From Euglena gracilis (taxonomy: Eukaryota), in NCBI GenBank assembly GCA_039621445.1, contig CP154954.1, positions 34,891,703 through 34,955,702 on the forward strand: a stretch of 64,000 nt of DNA, in the 5' to 3' direction. The notes under the pieces were generated by a model that was not told where the DNA came from, searched no databases, and saw only the letters and a program-made list of their open reading frames with translations. How positions within the stretch are numbered: position 1 is the first letter of the stretch; each line of letters starts with the position of its first letter. Below are positions 59,672 through 64,000 of this stretch, one piece after another. A program made the translations under genes and the position numbers.

Positions 59672-62600
59672 AAACCACGACAATCATGAAACCAACGGGT
59701 CCCCTGACTTTGGAGGCCTCCTGGAACACCCATTTAGTTACTCGGAGTAAGGCCCAATTTGGTCCATTTTTACATGGTAACCAGGGCTGACCTGGTAAAC
59801 GTCCCCCGGAATGGTCGAATGCACCCATCTAAATGTGCTCATTTCTTGCAACCAACATTCCCGTTGCATGTTTTTCTTACCATTAAACCACGACAATCAT
59901 GAAACCAACGGGTCCCCTGACTTTGGAGGCCTTCTGGAACACCCATTCAGTTACTCGGAGTAAGGCCCAATTTGGTCCATTTTTACATGGTAACCTGGGC
60001 TGACCTGGTAAACGTACCCCGGAATGGTGGAACCATCTGAATGTGCTCCTTTCTTGCAACCAACATTCCTGCTGCATGTTTTTCTTACCACTAAACCACG
60101 ACAGTCATGAAACCAACGGGTCCCTTGACTTGGGAGGCCTCCTGGAACACCCATTCGGTTACTCGGAGTAAGGCCCAATTTGGTCCATTTTTACATGGTA
60201 ACCTGGGCTGACCTGGTAAACGTCCACCGGAATGGTCGAATGCACCCATCTAAATGTGCTCCTTTCTTGCAACCAACATTCCGGCAGCATGTTTTTCTTA
60301 TTATTAAACCACGACAATCATGAAACCAACGGGTCCCCTGACTTTGGAGGCCTCCCGGAACACCCATTTAGTTACTCGGAGTAAGGCCCAATTTGGTCCA
60401 TTTTTACATGGTAACCAGGGCTGACCTGGTAAACGTCCCCCGGAATGGTCGAATGCACCCATCTAAATGTGCTCATTTATTGCAACCAACATTCCCGTTG
60501 CATGTTTTTCTTACCATTAAACCACGACAATCATGAAACCAACGGGTCCCCTGACTTTGGAGGCCTTCTGGAACACCCATTCAGTTACTCGGAGTAAGGC
60601 CCAATTTGGTCCATTTTTACACGGTAACCTGGGCTGACCTGGTAAATGTCCCCCGGAATGGTCGAATGCACCCATCTAAATGTGCTCATTTCTTGCAACC
60701 AACATACCCGCTGCTTGTTTTACTTACCATTAAACCACGACAATCATTAAACCAACGGGTCCCCTGACTTTGGAGGCCTTCTGGAACACCCATTCAGTTA
60801 CTCGGAGTAAGGCCCAATTTGGTCCATTTTTACATGGTAACCAGGGCTGACCTGGTAAACGTCCCCCGGAATGGTCGAAGGCACCCATCTAAATGTGCTG
60901 ATTTCTTGCAACCAAAATTCCCGCTGCATGTTTTTCTTACCATTAAACCACGACAATCATGAAACCAACGGGTCCCCTGACTTTGGAGGCCTCCCGGAAC
61001 ACCCATTCGGTTACTGGGAGTAAGGCCCAATTTGGTTCCTTTTTACACGGTAACCTGGGCTTGACCTGGTAAATGTCCCCCAAAATGGTCGAATGCACCC
61101 ATCTAAATGTGCTCATTTCTTGCAACCAACATTCCCGCGGCATGTTTTTCTTACCATTAAACCACGACAATCATGAAACCAACGGGTCCCCTGACTTTGG
61201 AGGCCTCCTGGAACACCCATTCGGTTACTCGGAGTAAGGCCCAATTTGGTCCATTTATACACGGTAACCTGGGATGACCTGGTAAACATCCCCCAAAATG
61301 GTCGAATGCACCCATCTAAATGTGCTCATTTATTGCAACCAACATTCCCGCTGCATGTTTTTTTTACCATTAAACCACGACAATCATGAAACCAACGGGT
61401 CCCCTGACTTTGGAGGCCTCCTGGAACACCCATTCAGTTACTCGGAGTAAGGTCCAATTTGGTCCATTTTTACATGCTAACCTGGGCTGACCTGGTAAAC
61501 GTCCCCCGAAATGGTCGAATGCACCCATCTAAATGTGCTCATTTCTTGCAACCAACACTCCCGCTGCATGTTTTTCTTACCATTAAACCACGACAATCAT
61601 GAAACCAACGGGTCCCCTGACTTTGGAGGCCTCCTGGAACACCCATTCGGTTACTCGGAGTAAGGCCCAATTTGGTCCATTTTTACATGGTAACCTGGGC
61701 TGACCTGGTAAATGTCCCCCGAAATGGTCGAGTGCACCCATCTAAATGTCCTCATTTCTTGCAACCAACATTCCCGCGGCATGTTTTTCTTACCATTAAA
61801 CCACGACAATCATGAAACCAACGGGTCCCCTGACTTTGGAGGCCTTCTGGCACACCCATTCAGTTACTCGGAGTAAGGCCCAATTTGGTCCATTTTTACA
61901 TGGTAACCTGGGCTGACCTGGTAAATTTCCCCCGGAATGGTCGAATGCACCCATCTAAATGTGCTCATTTCTTGCAACCAACATTCCCGCTGCATGTTTT
62001 TATTACCATTAAACCACGACAATCATGAAACCAACGGGTCCCCTGACTTTGGAGGCCTCCTGGAACACCCATTTAGTTACTCGGAGTAAGGCCCAATTTG
62101 GTCCATTTTTACACGGTAACCTGGGCTGACCTGGTAAATGTCCCCCGAAATGGTCGAATGCACCCATCTAAATGTGCTCATTTCTTGCAACCAACATTCC
62201 CGCGGCATGTTTTTCTTACCATTAAACCACGACAATCATGAAACCAACGGGTCCCCTGACTTTGGAGGCCTCCTGGAACACCCATTCAGTTACTCGGAGT
62301 AAGGCCCAATTTGGTCCATTTTTACATGGTAGCCAGGGCTGACCTGGTAAACGTCCCCCGGAATGGTCGAAGGCACCCATCTAAATGTGCTCATTTCTTG
62401 CAACCAACATTCCCGTTCCATGTTTTTCTTACCATTAAACCACGACAATCATGAAACCAACGGGTCCCCTGACTTTGGAGGCCTCCTGGAACACCCATTC
62501 AGTTACTCGGAGTAAGGTCCAATTTGGTCCATTTTTACAATCTAACCTGGGCTGACCTGGTAAACGTCCCCCGAAATGGTCGAATGCACCCATCTAAATG

Positions 62601-64000
62601 TGCTCATTTCTTGCAACCAACATTCCCGCTGCATGTTTTTCTTACCATTAAACCACGACAATCATGAAACCAACGGGTCCCCTGACTTTGGAGGCCTCCT
62701 GGAACACCCATTTAGTTACTCGGAGTAAGGCCCAATTTGGTCCATTTTTACACGGTAACCTGGGCTGACCTGGTAAATGTCCCCCGAAATGGTCGAATGC
62801 ACCCATCTAAATGTGCTCATTTCTTGCAACCAACATTCCCGCGGCATGCTTTTCTTACCATTAAACCACGACAATCATGAAACCAACGGTTCCCCTGACT
62901 TTGGAGGCCTCCTGGAACACCCATTCAGTTACTCGGAGTAAGGCCCAATTTGGTCCATTTTTACATGGTAGCCAGGGCTGACCTGGTAAACGTCCCCAAA
63001 ATGGTCGAATGCACCCATCTAAATGTGCTCATTTCTTGCAACCAACATTCCCGTTGCATTTTTTTATTACCATTAAACCACGACAATCATGAAACCAACG
63101 GGTCCCCTGACTTTGGAGGCCTCCTGGAACACCCATTCAGTTACTCGGAGTAAGGCCCAATTTGGTCCATTTTTACAATCTAACCTGGGCTGACCTGGTA
63201 AACGTCCCCCGGAATGGTCGAATGCACCCATCTAAATGTGCTCATTTCTTGCAACCAACATTCCCGCTGCATGTTTTTCTTACCATTAAACCACGACAAT
63301 CATGAAACCAACGGGTCCCCTGACTTTGGAGGCCTCCTGGAACACCCATTCGGTTACTCGAAGTAAGGCCCAATTTGGTCCATTTTTACACGGTAACCTG
63401 GGCTGACCTGGTAAACGTCCCCGGAAGTGGTCGAATGCACCCATCTAAATGTGCTCATTTCTTGCAACCAACATTCTTGCTGCATTTTTTTCTTACAATT
63501 AAACGAAGACAATCATGAAACTAACGGGTCCCCTGACTTTGGAGGCCTCCTGGAACACCCATTCGGTTACTCGGAGTAAGGCCCAATTTGGTCCATTTTT
63601 ACATGGTAACCTGGGCTGACCTGGTAAACGTCCCCCGGAGTGGTCGAATGCACCCCTCTAAATGTGCTCATTTCTTGCAACCAACATTCCCGCTGCATGT
63701 TTTTCTTACCATTAAACCACGACAATCATGAAACCAACGGGTCCCCTGACTTTGAAGGCCTCCTGGAACACCCATTCGGTTACTCGGAGTAAGGCCCAAT
63801 TTGGTCCATTTTTACACGGTAACCTGGGCTGACCTGGTAAACGTCCCCCAAAATGGTCGAATGCACCCATCTAAATGTGCTCATTTCTTGCAACCAAAAT
63901 TCCCGCTGCATGTTTTTCTTACCATTAAACCACGACAATCATGAAACCAACGGGTCCCCTGAATTTGGAGGCCTCCTGGAACACCCATTCGGTTACTCGG
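59666..64000 (-). repeat. ~213-bp satellite, array 3 (reverse part, runs off the window)
   Basis: About 20 reverse-complement monomers. Confidence 0.97.

Overview
Repeat-rich eukaryotic DNA that looks like heterochromatin. The GTGC/GTGTG splice donors, (CCCTAA)n remnants and MITE-filled giant intron would fit a euglenid-like protist, but that is inference only. Three blocks of a ~213-bp tandem satellite (about 2.9-8.7, 22.9-29.8 and 58.7-64 kb; the last switches strand at ~59.67 kb) host several Ty3/gypsy LTR retrotransposon insertions. The main feature is a full-length but decayed 14.1-kb chromodomain gypsy element (8722-22857; TG..CA LTRs, tRNA-iMet PBS, PPT). Between Gag and protease its polyprotein carries two DNA methyltransferase domains in tandem: a Dam-like amino (N6-adenine-type, NPPY) MTase and a C5-cytosine MTase (FxGxG, PC, ENP). 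A 7.2-kb internal inversion with 4-bp microhomology disguises this layout. A second gypsy family has formed a 1509-bp higher-order repeat (LTR + 4 satellite monomers), and all LTR/satellite junctions fall in one ~25-bp palindromic window of the monomer. Between the arrays are two exons of a host SmB (snRNP B) gene split by an 11.4-kb MITE-packed intron, many MITEs with TIRs and TSDs, a tandem hairpin-ended element family, inverted Tc1/mariner transposase remnants and a Gag-only relic. All coordinates and identities were read by eye; no database searches were run.
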